Origin: a virus | Length of the DNA stretch: 64,000 nt | Virus record (IMG/VR): IMGVR_UViG_3300019487_000017 | Strand: one strand, 5' to 3' | In this document: positions 27,779-37,375 of the stretch, piece by piece | Position numbering within the stretch: the first letter of the stretch is position 1 | Layout: every line of letters starts with the position of its first letter | Notes under the pieces: generated by a model | Told to the model about the DNA's origin: nothing | Databases searched by the model: none | What the model saw: the letters and a program-made list of their open reading frames with translations, nothing else | Translations under genes and position numbers: made by a program

Positions 27779-28509
27779 CCGATTCCCTTGGTGATCGTAT
27801 GAAATTCTTCTATGAAGATAGAGATAGACACTATCTTACCCGTAGAATACCAGTTATTATACGAGTTGATGGTAGAGCCTTTCATACTTACACTAAGGGT
27901 TTTGACCGCCCTTTTGACTCCAATATCATTTCCGCTATGAAAATTGCGGCAGAAGCAGTTTTTGATGAAGTATCTGGATGTAAGGCAGCTTACATTCAAA
28001 GCGACGAAGCATCTTTTCTATTAACAGATTTTGATAGAATAACCACCGAGGCATGGTTTGATTATGCTAAATCTAAAATTGAGACTATAGCAGCTTCTGT
28101 AATGACTGCACATTTTAACCAACTTATGCTTCCTTTGCCAAAAGCACGTAACAAAATGGCGTATTTTGATGCAAGAGCCTGGAATATTCCTGAATCTGAT
28201 GTGGTCAATTATTTCTTATGGAGGATGAGGGATTGGGAACGAAATTCCGTCACTATGTATGCAAGCTCTTTCTTTTCATCTAAACAAATGTATGGAAAAA
28301 GTATTCGCGATAGACATGATATGCTTCATTCCATCGGAAAAAATTGGTCTAAAGACCTAAACACTCGTTTACGTAATGGAACATTGTTAGTTAGGTCCAA
28401 AAGTGACAATAAAATAATAGATCATGTTATTGAGGAACGATATAACTACGAATTACTTAATAACGTGATTGGACCCCTTATGGAACCAATTCCAGAACCG
28501 TCTGAGTGA
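27775..28509 (+). CDS. thg1: tRNA(His) guanylyltransferase Thg1-like protein
   Basis: IRVDGRAFH, YIQSDEAS, YFDAR, WRMRDWERNS. Confidence 0.9.
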   Translation: MTDSLGDRMKFFYEDRDRHYLTRRIPVIIRVDGRAFHTYTKGFDRPFDSNIISAMKIAAEAVFDEVSGCKAAYIQSDEASFLLTDFDRITTEAWFDYAKSKIETIAASVMTAHFNQLMLPLPKARNKMAYFDARAWNIPESDVVNYFLWRMRDWERNSVTMYASSFFSSKQMYGKSIRDRHDMLHSIGKNWSKDLNTRLRNGTLLVRSKSDNKIIDHVIEERYNYELLNNVIGPLMEPIPEPSE

Positions 28510-28707
28510 GGGTTTTTTGAATAATCCCTCTAGGTACATGTGGGTTATAAATAAAGTGATGGATATGGAATAAAAGATAAGGTCGGCTCTCCAGTAACTT
28601 CCAGTAAATTCCATAAGAAAATGGAATAGGGCATCATATCCCAGTGGTAGGAAAAACATAGCGAGCATGAGGGTGACCTTGGAGATAAATTGTTTGGTCA
28701 TAAGCAC
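28453..28707 (-). CDS. Small membrane protein
   Basis: Two hydrophobic segments; GAGG RBS-like element upstream on the - strand. Confidence 0.5.
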   Translation of the reverse strand: MLMTKQFISKVTLMLAMFFLPLGYDALFHFLMEFTGSYWRADLIFYSISITLFITHMYLEGLFKKPSLRRFWNWFHKGSNHVIK

Positions 28708-28865
28708 CTCGTGTTTTAAATGTTAAAAATGCATGAATTTTCATTTGCGTGTTAACGATCAAAATTCCTTGCAAAAAGTATAGCAGTGTGCGATTTTTTA
28801 TAATATTATTTAAGTACGGGCATATTAATATCTATTTCGTACTATAACGTGGAGATTATACGTGT

Positions 28866-29357
28866 ATGCATCAGTTTAACCAGTTTGTATTTTCTTTAAA
28901 TAACCGTCTTCAAAATAAGCCTTACGAAACCAGGCAACGCTTCATGAAGAAAATTATGTCAGATTTAGAAAATGCAGAGTTCTTTCTGCCTCTATCAAAA
29001 CATGATATATATGATGAAAGCGATTGGAAATTAGAAGATATTATTGTAGCTAATCCATCCAAAAAAGAGCGTGTTCACGATTTGGTATCTCGTCACAATG
29101 GACAGGAAATGGTTACAGAAGAAAATGCTTGCCAATCATCAAATGTTACTGTTTTGATGGAAGAGCTGCATTTTGCAGTAATGTCCAATGATTTAGAAAA
29201 TGTGAAAAAATTGATTGAACAAGGAGCCTGTCCTTTGAGTAAGAATAAGCAGGGACAAAACGCTGTTTATTTAGCTTATTTAGAAGAAAACAGTACGATA
29301 ATCACATTTTTGAAAGAACGTGGTTTTATTGCTGCATCTTCTCCAGTCGCAGCTTGA
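28866..29357 (+). CDS. Protein with C-terminal ankyrin repeats
   Basis: LHFAVMSNDLENVKKLIEQGA...NKQGQNAVYLA. Confidence 0.7.
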   Translation: MHQFNQFVFSLNNRLQNKPYETRQRFMKKIMSDLENAEFFLPLSKHDIYDESDWKLEDIIVANPSKKERVHDLVSRHNGQEMVTEENACQSSNVTVLMEELHFAVMSNDLENVKKLIEQGACPLSKNKQGQNAVYLAYLEENSTIITFLKERGFIAASSPVAA

Positions 29358-29370
29358 GACTGCTTAAAAT
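29340..29370 (+). promoter_or_regulatory. Recurrent motif TCTCCAG-N18-TAAAAT
   Basis: Motif at the end of a gene with near-consensus -10. Confidence 0.6.
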
Positions 29371-29425
29371 AAAGCGCTCTAAAATGATAAAATCTTGATT
29401 TATCATTTTCACATATTTAATATAT

Positions 29426-29863
29426 GTGCATTTAGCGGAAGGAACTGCCAATGGCAATAGAGCAATTAGAAGGATGCAATGTTTCGGGTCAGCTATCATT
29501 TTTGATGCGGCAGACTGCAAGAAACTCAAATCTTGTTTACCTATTAATCAACAAATCCGATTCATTAATGGACCGTTTCATAATGAATTGGCAGGAATTA
29601 TTTTCCCTAATCGCGAGGGAGAATATTGCAAGGTTAATTTGTTTCGTGATGAGACAGATATCAAACGATATACTGTTGAGCATGAGACAAATGATACTCT
29701 TGTTGAAATCATTTTTACCTCTGCAGAGAAAGGAGACCAAAACAGAATTACTTTTATGTATCCACTTCTTTTTCAATGGGGCAACGGTGGACGATATGCG
29801 ATCTACCGTTTAGTTGAAAATAATTACCATTTCGATTGTATTTCTACGATACAGAGTAGATAA
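29426..29863 (+). CDS. Hypothetical protein
   Basis: Preferred frame over the overlapping 29451-29813 ORF; start uncertain. Confidence 0.5.
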   Translation: MHLAEGTANGNRAIRRMQCFGSAIIFDAADCKKLKSCLPINQQIRFINGPFHNELAGIIFPNREGEYCKVNLFRDETDIKRYTVEHETNDTLVEIIFTSAEKGDQNRITFMYPLLFQWGNGGRYAIYRLVENNYHFDCISTIQSR

Positions 29864-29883
29864 TATTAAGAAAGGGTCTAGGA

Positions 29884-30147
29884 ATGACATCGGGGCAAAT
29901 TACTATTGGTAACTGTTTACCAGATTGGGCTGTTTTACTTAAAACAGTTGATAATTCTTTAAAAGGGAAATTAGTTCGTAAACGTCAAAAATTGCTTGAA
30001 ATGCGGCGAGATATTCTAGTGGGAATGTCTCAATGTCGTAAGATTGCTAAAAATAGTTTGGTTAAAGATGCAGATATCATTGACCATTTACACACTCTTG
30101 ATTTAATAGAGCAAAAAGCTCTTTCACTTTGTTCAGTTGTTGTTTAG
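29884..30147 (+). CDS. Hypothetical protein
   Basis: 87-aa ORF with RBS. Confidence 0.6.
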   Translation: MTSGQITIGNCLPDWAVLLKTVDNSLKGKLVRKRQKLLEMRRDILVGMSQCRKIAKNSLVKDADIIDHLHTLDLIEQKALSLCSVVV

Positions 30148-30153
30148 CGATTC

Positions 30154-30203
30154 TCTCCAGTTCCCGTTGCCCCGTTACGTATGTATGTCGTAACGGGGTT
30201 TTT
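30154..30203 (+). terminator. Terminator hairpin overlapped by TCTCCAG-N19-TATGTA motif
   Basis: CCCCGTTACG(30170-30179)...CGTAACGGGG(30189-30198) then T5. Confidence 0.75.
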
Positions 30204-31725
30204 AGTTATTTTTAAAAGGATTAGTATGCATCGTTCACGTCCTCATGCCGTAGCCACAGTAGGAGTACAGGAAAAACAAACTACTGGAAGAATTATTAAG
30301 GGTTATCCTGGATATAAAGAGATAAGAGCTGCACAGAGTAGTAGTCATTTATCAGTGTCTTCCGGATCGACGGGTGAGAAAAAGCAAGGTGGTAGCATAC
30401 TAGCAGGCATGGTTTCAAATCAACAGTTTAAAAAAGATCTTCATATTTTAATGATAACTTCAATCTATAGAAGAATTATCTGTCATTTTATAGATCAAAT
30501 AGAAGAGGCTAAATTAGGGGAAATATCCAGATTTTACAATGTGTTTATGGGCTTTTTGCATGCTGAGCAGATAATAAATTTTATGCAAAGTATGGGTTTT
30601 AAATTTGTCGAAGAAATAGACTTTGATCCTAATGGGGATTTGACTCCAGTTGTAAAAGAAATGTTCTTTTACAAAGAAAACCCCATTATTTTTACAACAT
30701 GTGGTTTTTTGTTCTTTGAATATAATGATGGTTCTCAAAAGAGAGAAAATATTGTCATAAGAGTATATCATGACAAAGGCAATAGACAGGTTAATATATG
30801 CATCTATAGCAGAGAACGTGAATTATCTGCAAAATTTATTGAAAATTTGAGTGAATTTACTAAGAAAAACAGTTCTCTTCATGGTTGTAAGATGAGAGAT
30901 CTGAGAATAGATATTGCAGAATATACAGAAATTATTCCAACTCAAAAAGATTCATGGGATAGATACTATTGCAGTCCAGATATCAAAAAGATTTGTGACA
31001 CTGAAGTTTTTGGTTTAGTTAATAACGTGGATAAATACCGTGAAGCTGGGATTGAAAGACGTGGTATTTTATTTCATGGTGATCCTGGTACTGGCAAAAC
31101 AACTTTAGGACGTATTATTTGTGCTGGTAGTGGCGATGCCACGGTTTTATGGATTACTCCTGATTTAATTGGAGAGAATAACGTAGGAGCTTATTCTGTA
31201 AAACTATTATATGAAATTGCAAATTTTCTTTCTCCATCAATCGTAATTTGCGAGGATATGGATCTTTGGACAAATGATAGAGATGATATGAATGATACGC
31301 TCCGTTTAGGAGCGCTGATGAATATTCTTGATGGAGTTAATTCAACTTTTGGAACAGTTAGTATAGCAATGACTAACCGTTTGGAGTTGATGGAAAAGGC
31401 GTTAAAGAATCGTCCAGGACGATATGATAGAATTATTCATATTCCAGTTTTAGATACTGAATTAAGAACACAAATGTTTGTTGATGAGGCTCGCTCTCAA
31501 TTCATTATTGATGATGAATCGTTTAGCTATCTAGTTAAAAATACAGATGGCTGGACAGGTGCTACAGTTAAGGAGTTTATCAAAGGGGCTAATATGAAAT
31601 TTATCATGCAAGATATTCCAACTACTCCACAAAGGCACTTGACATTAGATATGATTCAAGATATATTAACTACGATGATGCAGTTCACATTGAACCATGC
31701 AACCAGAAAAAAGGCTGGCTTTTAA
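30181..31725 (+). CDS. AAA+ ATPase
   Basis: GDPGTGKT, ICEDMD, MTN, NRPGRYD; true start probably ATG 30226 or later. Confidence 0.9.
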   Translation: MYVVTGFLVIFKRISMHRSRPHAVATVGVQEKQTTGRIIKGYPGYKEIRAAQSSSHLSVSSGSTGEKKQGGSILAGMVSNQQFKKDLHILMITSIYRRIICHFIDQIEEAKLGEISRFYNVFMGFLHAEQIINFMQSMGFKFVEEIDFDPNGDLTPVVKEMFFYKENPIIFTTCGFLFFEYNDGSQKRENIVIRVYHDKGNRQVNICIYSRERELSAKFIENLSEFTKKNSSLHGCKMRDLRIDIAEYTEIIPTQKDSWDRYYCSPDIKKICDTEVFGLVNNVDKYREAGIERRGILFHGDPGTGKTTLGRIICAGSGDATVLWITPDLIGENNVGAYSVKLLYEIANFLSPSIVICEDMDLWTNDRDDMNDTLRLGALMNILDGVNSTFGTVSIAMTNRLELMEKALKNRPGRYDRIIHIPVLDTELRTQMFVDEARSQFIIDDESFSYLVKNTDGWTGATVKEFIKGANMKFIMQDIPTTPQRHLTLDMIQDILTTMMQFTLNHATRKKAGF

Positions 31726-31727
31726 CA

Positions 31728-32165
31728 ATGGATTTGGTATTAGTATTCGATGGTCTATGTGAACCAACTAACCCCAGTGGCTATGGCTGCTGGGGTTACG
31801 TTTTATATATTGGAACCTCAAAAAAAATAGTAGAACATGGTTGTTTAGGTAATCCATCATGGATGACTAATAATTTTGCAGAGTACTGTAGTTTAGGATT
31901 TGGCTTAAAAAAGATCGTCGAATTAAATTTGGGAGAAATCAAAACATTAACGATACTTGGTGACTCTCAATTAGTTGTAAATCAAATTAAAAGCACATGG
32001 CGTCTTAAATCAGAAAAGTTAACTGCATTACATGCTAAATGCATTAAATATTTGGATCAAATAGGGGGTGAACTTACAGTTTGTTGGATACCCCGTGCCA
32101 TGAACACGGAAGCGGATCAACTTTCTCGTGATGCTTATTATGAAAAAACAAAAGAAAAAATATGA
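31728..32165 (+). CDS. rnhA: Ribonuclease HI family protein
   Basis: FDG, TNNFAEY, GDSQLVVNQ, NTEADQL. Confidence 0.9.
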   Translation: MDLVLVFDGLCEPTNPSGYGCWGYVLYIGTSKKIVEHGCLGNPSWMTNNFAEYCSLGFGLKKIVELNLGEIKTLTILGDSQLVVNQIKSTWRLKSEKLTALHAKCIKYLDQIGGELTVCWIPRAMNTEADQLSRDAYYEKTKEKI

Positions 32166-32544
32166 AAGACCTTCTTCTATTATGAAAATAATTGGACCAG
32201 CAAAGAATACTACTGGAATATTGCTGCGTATAATTAATTCTAATAAAGAAAAAGAATCGTCCATACCAGTTCTACGTGTATATAAAAACTCAAAGAAATA
32301 TAGAAGAGAACAGATGCAAAGGAAGCTAAATAAGCAAAGATATGATAAATCTGCCTGGGAATATATAGACTATGATATCACTCACTATGACTTAGAGGTG
32401 AAAGTGACTGATACATATGCTACTTTATATGAGGGAAAAGGTAAAAATAAGAGAAAAATCTTAGATTATCCCCCTATTTCTCCAGAAACAATGAAGGTTA
32501 TTGATAAGAAAATGGCTAATCTAAGAAAAAAGAAAGTTCTTTGA
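32128..32544 (+). CDS. Hypothetical basic protein
   Basis: 138-aa ORF ending 6 nt before the tmRNA; start uncertain. Confidence 0.55.
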   Translation: MMLIMKKQKKKYERPSSIMKIIGPAKNTTGILLRIINSNKEKESSIPVLRVYKNSKKYRREQMQRKLNKQRYDKSAWEYIDYDITHYDLEVKVTDTYATLYEGKGKNKRKILDYPPISPETMKVIDKKMANLRKKKVL

Positions 32545-32550
32545 AAATTC

Positions 32551-32898
32551 GGGGCGAAATTGGTTTCGACTGTTATCTAACAGAAAGAAATGCATCCCGT
32601 AGTTCCTAACCCTTGGCTACGTTAAAAAAGGTTAGAAAATAGTAACTGGCAACAGCTACGCTCTCGCAGCCTAATTTTGGCTGCAATGGTTCTTAACCGA
32701 TTCCTGATAGGAAAAGAATCAAACGATATCAGGGCTGGCTATGAAGCTCATAGATAAGCTACTGTAAAGTTATCTCATAACAGTAGACGAAAAACATGAG
32801 ATATAGCAGATTGTACTTGGCGAATCGTACAGGAATGGATGTAGTAATTTCTTTATGTAAAGGTAATTTGGACGCCGGTTCGATTCCGGCTCGCTCCA
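32551..32898 (+). ncRNA. ssrA: tmRNA
   Basis: 5' GGGGCGAAATTGGTTTCGAC; 3' T-arm GCCGG-TTCGATT-CCGGC plus TCGCTCC-A closing a 7-bp acceptor stem with G3.U; tag ORF 32648-32674 = (A)GNSYALAA*; CCA not encoded. Confidence 0.95.
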
Positions 32899-32914
32899 TT
32901 TAAAAAGGATAAAC

Positions 32915-33556
32915 ATGAGTGATAAATGGCAAGAAGTTGTCGTAATAAACTTTATTTTTTATCCTGTTGGTAGTATTATCACATCCTCCCCTGAATTAGA
33001 TCCATTAGATTCTGAAATTATCCTTGATTTTGAATCTGATGAGTGCGTTACTGATATCTATGAATACCTGAAACCGATGGATGATTTTCGTAAAGATTCT
33101 GAGACATATTATTCACCCCATAGATGTCCAAATTTTCTAGACTCATATAAGATCTGTAAGCCTATCGTTACCATAGACGCAAAAGATGGTGTTATATCTA
33201 CTTGTGGTGATAATTCCTATATGGGGATTACCATTGAAAATGTTGGCGATGCCGAAACATTAGAGAATACAGAACCACAGATTTTAGCAATTGCGAAAAA
33301 TCATCCTTCTTTTTCTAAAGTAAAAGAAAGATTTGCAGAATATACACAATTAAGTTCTAAAGAATCAGTCGGTATAAAAGATGAAATTATGCCTGTTCAA
33401 ATAGAAATTCCTATTGTCTTTGAATGCTCAGTACATAAAAATTGTTATGACAATGATGAATATCCAGAAGTAGATTGTGATCCTGTTGGATATTTAGATA
33501 CGCAAAAAATTTCTTCAATTGTGATACTTCTCCAGACTTCTAATATCCAATCTTAG
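32915..33556 (+). CDS. Hypothetical acidic protein
   Basis: 213-aa ORF with AAGGA RBS. Confidence 0.7.
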   Translation: MSDKWQEVVVINFIFYPVGSIITSSPELDPLDSEIILDFESDECVTDIYEYLKPMDDFRKDSETYYSPHRCPNFLDSYKICKPIVTIDAKDGVISTCGDNSYMGITIENVGDAETLENTEPQILAIAKNHPSFSKVKERFAEYTQLSSKESVGIKDEIMPVQIEIPIVFECSVHKNCYDNDEYPEVDCDPVGYLDTQKISSIVILLQTSNIQS

Positions 33557-33559
33557 TTG
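33529..33559 (+). promoter_or_regulatory. Recurrent motif TCTCCAG-N18-TAGTTG
   Basis: At the end of a gene, upstream of ORF 33599. Confidence 0.5.
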
Positions 33560-33598
33560 AAAATGAGCTAGGGGGTCTTTTAAAACTAAGGAAGTTGT

Positions 33599-34369
33599 AT
33601 GGAAAAGAAGAATTATTTGGCAAGCCGTTCAACATCAGACCTTTCATCAACTCTAAAAAACCGAGTTATGAACCGTATTAACGAGCTTGAAACAGAAAGC
33701 AAAAAATTACGTATTTTTCTTTCTGAACTAGATAATGTAGTAGGCAAAATTGAGCATAAGCGAACAAACGTTCAATTTTCACCAAGTAAGTCTATTAAGT
33801 CGAATTCACGCAAGTCTTCCTCCAATATCCATACAACTGATCCTTCTTTTATACCGCAACTGATTCAAATCTCGAAAGAACATGGGACTATTGCTATTGC
33901 CAATTTGTCCAAATATTTTCGAGCTAATGAATGGAGAAAAGATTTAGGTGATTCAGAAATTATTCGGAACGCCGAAGAAATTCTAAATAAGAATCCACAA
34001 ATTTTTGAAAAACCAAAGCATGGTTATTATCAATTGACATCAAGCGCAAAACGTCGAACCTCAAAAGGTGGTAGTGCTGCCACTTTCTTCAACAAAAAGC
34101 CACTTGTTGAATTCATTTATGATGTAATGAAGGACAGTAAACATGAAGTTATGCCGTTAGCAGATATCACATTGGGAGTAAAAAGAAAAGGCTATAAGTC
34201 TTTTGCAAGAACTCCGTTAGGAACTTTGGTTTGTCAGTTGTTGAGAAAAGATAACAGGTTTATCAGAATTGAACCAGCGAGATATTCGTTAGTCGAGAAA
34301 CCACAAGAGGATTCATCATCTAACGGAGAATCTGACGATTTAGTAGGTTCAAGTAACGTAAACGTGTAA
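33599..34369 (+). CDS. Putative winged-helix DNA-binding protein (HARE-HTH-like repeats)
   Basis: Two segments ending FEKPKHGYYQL and FIRIEPARYSL. Confidence 0.55.
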   Translation: MEKKNYLASRSTSDLSSTLKNRVMNRINELETESKKLRIFLSELDNVVGKIEHKRTNVQFSPSKSIKSNSRKSSSNIHTTDPSFIPQLIQISKEHGTIAIANLSKYFRANEWRKDLGDSEIIRNAEEILNKNPQIFEKPKHGYYQLTSSAKRRTSKGGSAATFFNKKPLVEFIYDVMKDSKHEVMPLADITLGVKRKGYKSFARTPLGTLVCQLLRKDNRFIRIEPARYSLVEKPQEDSSSNGESDDLVGSSNVNV

Positions 34370-34397
34370 AATTGCTTTGAATAGTGATGAAAATAGG

Positions 34398-34431
34398 AAT
34401 ACCCTTGTTGATAATCAGCAAGGGTATTTTT
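34398..34431 (+). terminator. Terminator-like hairpin directly before ATG 34432
   Basis: AATACCCTTGTTGA-TAA-TCAGCAAGGGTATTTTT. Confidence 0.65.
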
Positions 34432-36132
34432 ATGTCTGAAATTAGCGATTTTATTAAAAGTTGTGTACCTTCTTTTGTTCCTGAAGAAGAATTTGCTGCT
34501 GTTTTCAGATCCGCAGCAAGCGAAATACGCAAGTTATCTAATATCACTACGGAAGAAGTAGATCGAGGCACTTTTATAACATGCTGGAAACGCTCGTTTT
34601 TTGTAGATAAAATTGAAAATAAAGTTTATTATTGTAATCAAACCAAAGACTTAACAGACAATAACCATACTCATTTTCGCTTTTATAATTTCTTTAATCA
34701 ACCTAATTGGGTACATGTTATAAGAGGATTAGTTGAAGACGTTCTTACCTCAAAAATTAAAGAACATGTAAAAGATGAGAATATTGCCAAAAAGTTTATT
34801 GATAGAAAATCTATCTCAGAGCAGGATCGTAAAAAAATTGCAAAGACAAGAGCAATCTTACATAAAACTGCTACGCTTAGGAAATTTAATCTTAATATTC
34901 ATTTAAAAATTCTATCCAGTAAAATACGTAAGTTAATTGATCCGGAGGTTATGAAGATCGCTTTTAAAATCAAAGGACCATATTATTCGTCTTTGGATTT
35001 ATCTCTAATTGGTGGTAATTTAAATGATATTCGTCAAATAATGCAGTCAAATCCTGCTATAGTAGCGCTATGGTTAGCATATAAGCAAATATTTCTATTT
35101 CGTGAAACTTTTTTTCAAGAATATCGAACATTTCCGTTAGTTTTAAATAATGTTACATATAGAAGCGAATCTATAATTCAAGATGTTAAACAAATACATA
35201 ATATCTTTAATATTAAAAAATATTGGAAATACTTATGTAAAATGTCTCTTTCTGCAATTCGCCCAATTTGCTTAAGAAAATATCCTATAGAATTAAAGAT
35301 AGACTTGTTATCTGAATTGGCAGATACTCAAGAAATCCCACGTCCAAAAATTGTTAATCAACTTGCTCATGTATATTCGGATTATGGACCTCTTAGGATA
35401 TATTTAAATGAAACGTCCAGAATTGGATTTCTTAGGCAATTAATCCGAGCAGGTAGAGATTCAAAGAATCTTAATAAGTTTTATGAATCACAATCTTCTT
35501 TGGTATTTGATTGGATAAGATTTGAAAGACCGCAATTAGATCGTAATCAAGCCGATGCCCCCTGGTCCTGGTATATGCAAAAACAAGAAGAATGGCATGA
35601 ACAAAGACGTAGAATGAATGTACTAGCACCATTACGTAGATGGGGTCAAATAGATATTGTAGGAGGAGGCTATTATCAAGGGAATAGGGAAGATAGAGAA
35701 AATTTGACTAGAGTTTGGACAAACAAATGGGAATCACTCGTTGATAAGTTAGATGTAGATGAATATTCTGTTATATCTTTGACAACAACAGACGATTTAG
35801 AGAAAGAGGGATCTATTTTGGATCATTGTGTTGGATCTTATAATCGATACTGTGAGATGGGAAATTCTAGGATATTCAGTATTTTAAAAGGCGATAAACA
35901 TGTCTCAACTTTAGAAATAAAGAAAATTTATGGTGGAGACAACGCAAAAGTTCCAGTTCAATGGAGAATATCTCAAATAAGAGGCTATAAAAATGATACT
36001 GTTACTGAAAAAGAACAAGAAGTAGCTAGAAAAGTACTCGAAGCTTATACAAAGAAAGAAAGAGAAATTTTCAAAGAAAAGAATAAAGAAAAAGAAATAG
36101 AACAAGAGGATTTACTTAGTACATGTGTGTAG
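34432..36132 (+). CDS. PcfJ-like domain protein
   Basis: C-terminal LEKEGSILDHCVGSY...STLEI...QIRGYKN. Confidence 0.75.
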   Translation: MSEISDFIKSCVPSFVPEEEFAAVFRSAASEIRKLSNITTEEVDRGTFITCWKRSFFVDKIENKVYYCNQTKDLTDNNHTHFRFYNFFNQPNWVHVIRGLVEDVLTSKIKEHVKDENIAKKFIDRKSISEQDRKKIAKTRAILHKTATLRKFNLNIHLKILSSKIRKLIDPEVMKIAFKIKGPYYSSLDLSLIGGNLNDIRQIMQSNPAIVALWLAYKQIFLFRETFFQEYRTFPLVLNNVTYRSESIIQDVKQIHNIFNIKKYWKYLCKMSLSAIRPICLRKYPIELKIDLLSELADTQEIPRPKIVNQLAHVYSDYGPLRIYLNETSRIGFLRQLIRAGRDSKNLNKFYESQSSLVFDWIRFERPQLDRNQADAPWSWYMQKQEEWHEQRRRMNVLAPLRRWGQIDIVGGGYYQGNREDRENLTRVWTNKWESLVDKLDVDEYSVISLTTTDDLEKEGSILDHCVGSYNRYCEMGNSRIFSILKGDKHVSTLEIKKIYGGDNAKVPVQWRISQIRGYKNDTVTEKEQEVARKVLEAYTKKEREIFKEKNKEKEIEQEDLLSTCV

Positions 36133-37010
36133 ATGATTTAAACAATAGTGATATAGATAGAAATAAATCGCCGCTAACTCATAAAATAACATCCGGCGCT
36201 CAAATCTATTTAAAAGAACGCGGATTTAAGCCAATTGAAACAGAAGTCTATTTAGAACAATATTGGCTTGCAGATATAGCTGCGGTTGTAACTCCTACCA
36301 ATACCGAACTTCAAAAAATGCGGTTGATTAAAACCAAACCGCCATATCCTTATTCTTCGTTTGATTTAATGAAAAAATATGGTTTTGCGACTTATCAAGA
36401 ATTACACGATTCGCCGCAATACAAAGAAATAATTCAAAAACACGACATTAAACTTTCAGAATGGAATAAAACTATAGATGGGTTCCCTTCTCTAATGACT
36501 TCTTTAGTTGAAGTAAAAATTTCTAAATCGGATTTTGTTAAAGACAATAAGTGGGCCAGACCATCTCCTGTGAATTTACGATATCTCGCTATTCCTTGTG
36601 GTTTGCTTAAACGGTCAGAATTTCCACCTGATTGGTTTATATTAGAATTTGATGCATCAGGTCGATGTGTCAGGTTGGCACAGACGGGAAAACTTGAGCA
36701 AGTGAATGCTGAAAAGCAAATGTGGAATATTCATCAAATTGCAGTAAGACGTGCGAATAGAACAGAAAATACTTGGTCTGCAAAGATTGCAAAAGCTTTT
36801 AATGCACAACAAACGACGAGAAAACAAAGCTACAGAATCAGCAATATACTTCATGCGTTTATGACTATTATTAAAGGGGGAGATAGCTATCATCAAACAG
36901 TTGATGATGTTTTTAAATCATACGGTATTAACCCAGATAAAATTTCTATTTTTTATAAAAATGATTTACAGAAATTATGGGGATTATTAAAGTCTTCTCC
37001 AGAGCAATAA
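36123..37010 (+). CDS. PD-(D/E)xK nuclease-fold protein (MmcB-like)
   Basis: ETEV...ADIAAV...VEVKISKSDF...NLRYLAIP. Confidence 0.6.
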   Translation: MCVDDLNNSDIDRNKSPLTHKITSGAQIYLKERGFKPIETEVYLEQYWLADIAAVVTPTNTELQKMRLIKTKPPYPYSSFDLMKKYGFATYQELHDSPQYKEIIQKHDIKLSEWNKTIDGFPSLMTSLVEVKISKSDFVKDNKWARPSPVNLRYLAIPCGLLKRSEFPPDWFILEFDASGRCVRLAQTGKLEQVNAEKQMWNIHQIAVRRANRTENTWSAKIAKAFNAQQTTRKQSYRISNILHAFMTIIKGGDSYHQTVDDVFKSYGINPDKISIFYKNDLQKLWGLLKSSPEQ

Positions 37011-37026
37011 TAGATTAGGTTATTGT
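36996..37026 (+). promoter_or_regulatory. Recurrent motif TCTCCAG-N18-TATTGT
   Basis: Spans the gene junction; ATG 37028 is unusually close. Confidence 0.45.
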
Positions 37027-37027
37027 T

Positions 37028-37372
37028 ATGAGAAAACCCTTAGTATTTCTAAATGAGGGGCGTTATAGACGTGTTTACTTGTCTAGAACAGGTAAATATG
37101 TAATAAAAATTCCTATTAATCATGTTGGCGAAGCTGACAATGGGTCTGAAGATTTTAGTTATCATTTTAGTGCTAATAATGAAAATTTAGCCCGTTGTAA
37201 AGCATTCTTTTATAATAATCAACTTTGTCTCATAATGGAAAAAGTTGAAATTATTGATTGGTCTAAAAACAGCACTGTTGTACCAGAATGGGTAAGTTAT
37301 GTTGATTGCAGGCAGGTAGGATACAATAGGGATGGAAAGTTAGTGGCTTACGATTGGGCTGTTAATAAATAA
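37028..37372 (+). CDS. Minimal protein-kinase-like protein
   Basis: GRYRRVY (Gly loop), YVIKIP (catalytic Lys), LIMEKV, VAYDW. Confidence 0.5.
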   Translation: MRKPLVFLNEGRYRRVYLSRTGKYVIKIPINHVGEADNGSEDFSYHFSANNENLARCKAFFYNNQLCLIMEKVEIIDWSKNSTVVPEWVSYVDCRQVGYNRDGKLVAYDWAVNK

Positions 37373-37375
37373 CAA

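Noticed and set aside
29451-29813. Second overlapping + strand ORF
   Set aside because: Entirely nested in another frame of 29426-29863, with less protein-like composition; treated as a shadow ORF
36123-37010. Cas4 adaptation nuclease
   Set aside because: PD-(D/E)xK-like but lacks the four-Cys Fe-S pattern and lies 24 kb from the array
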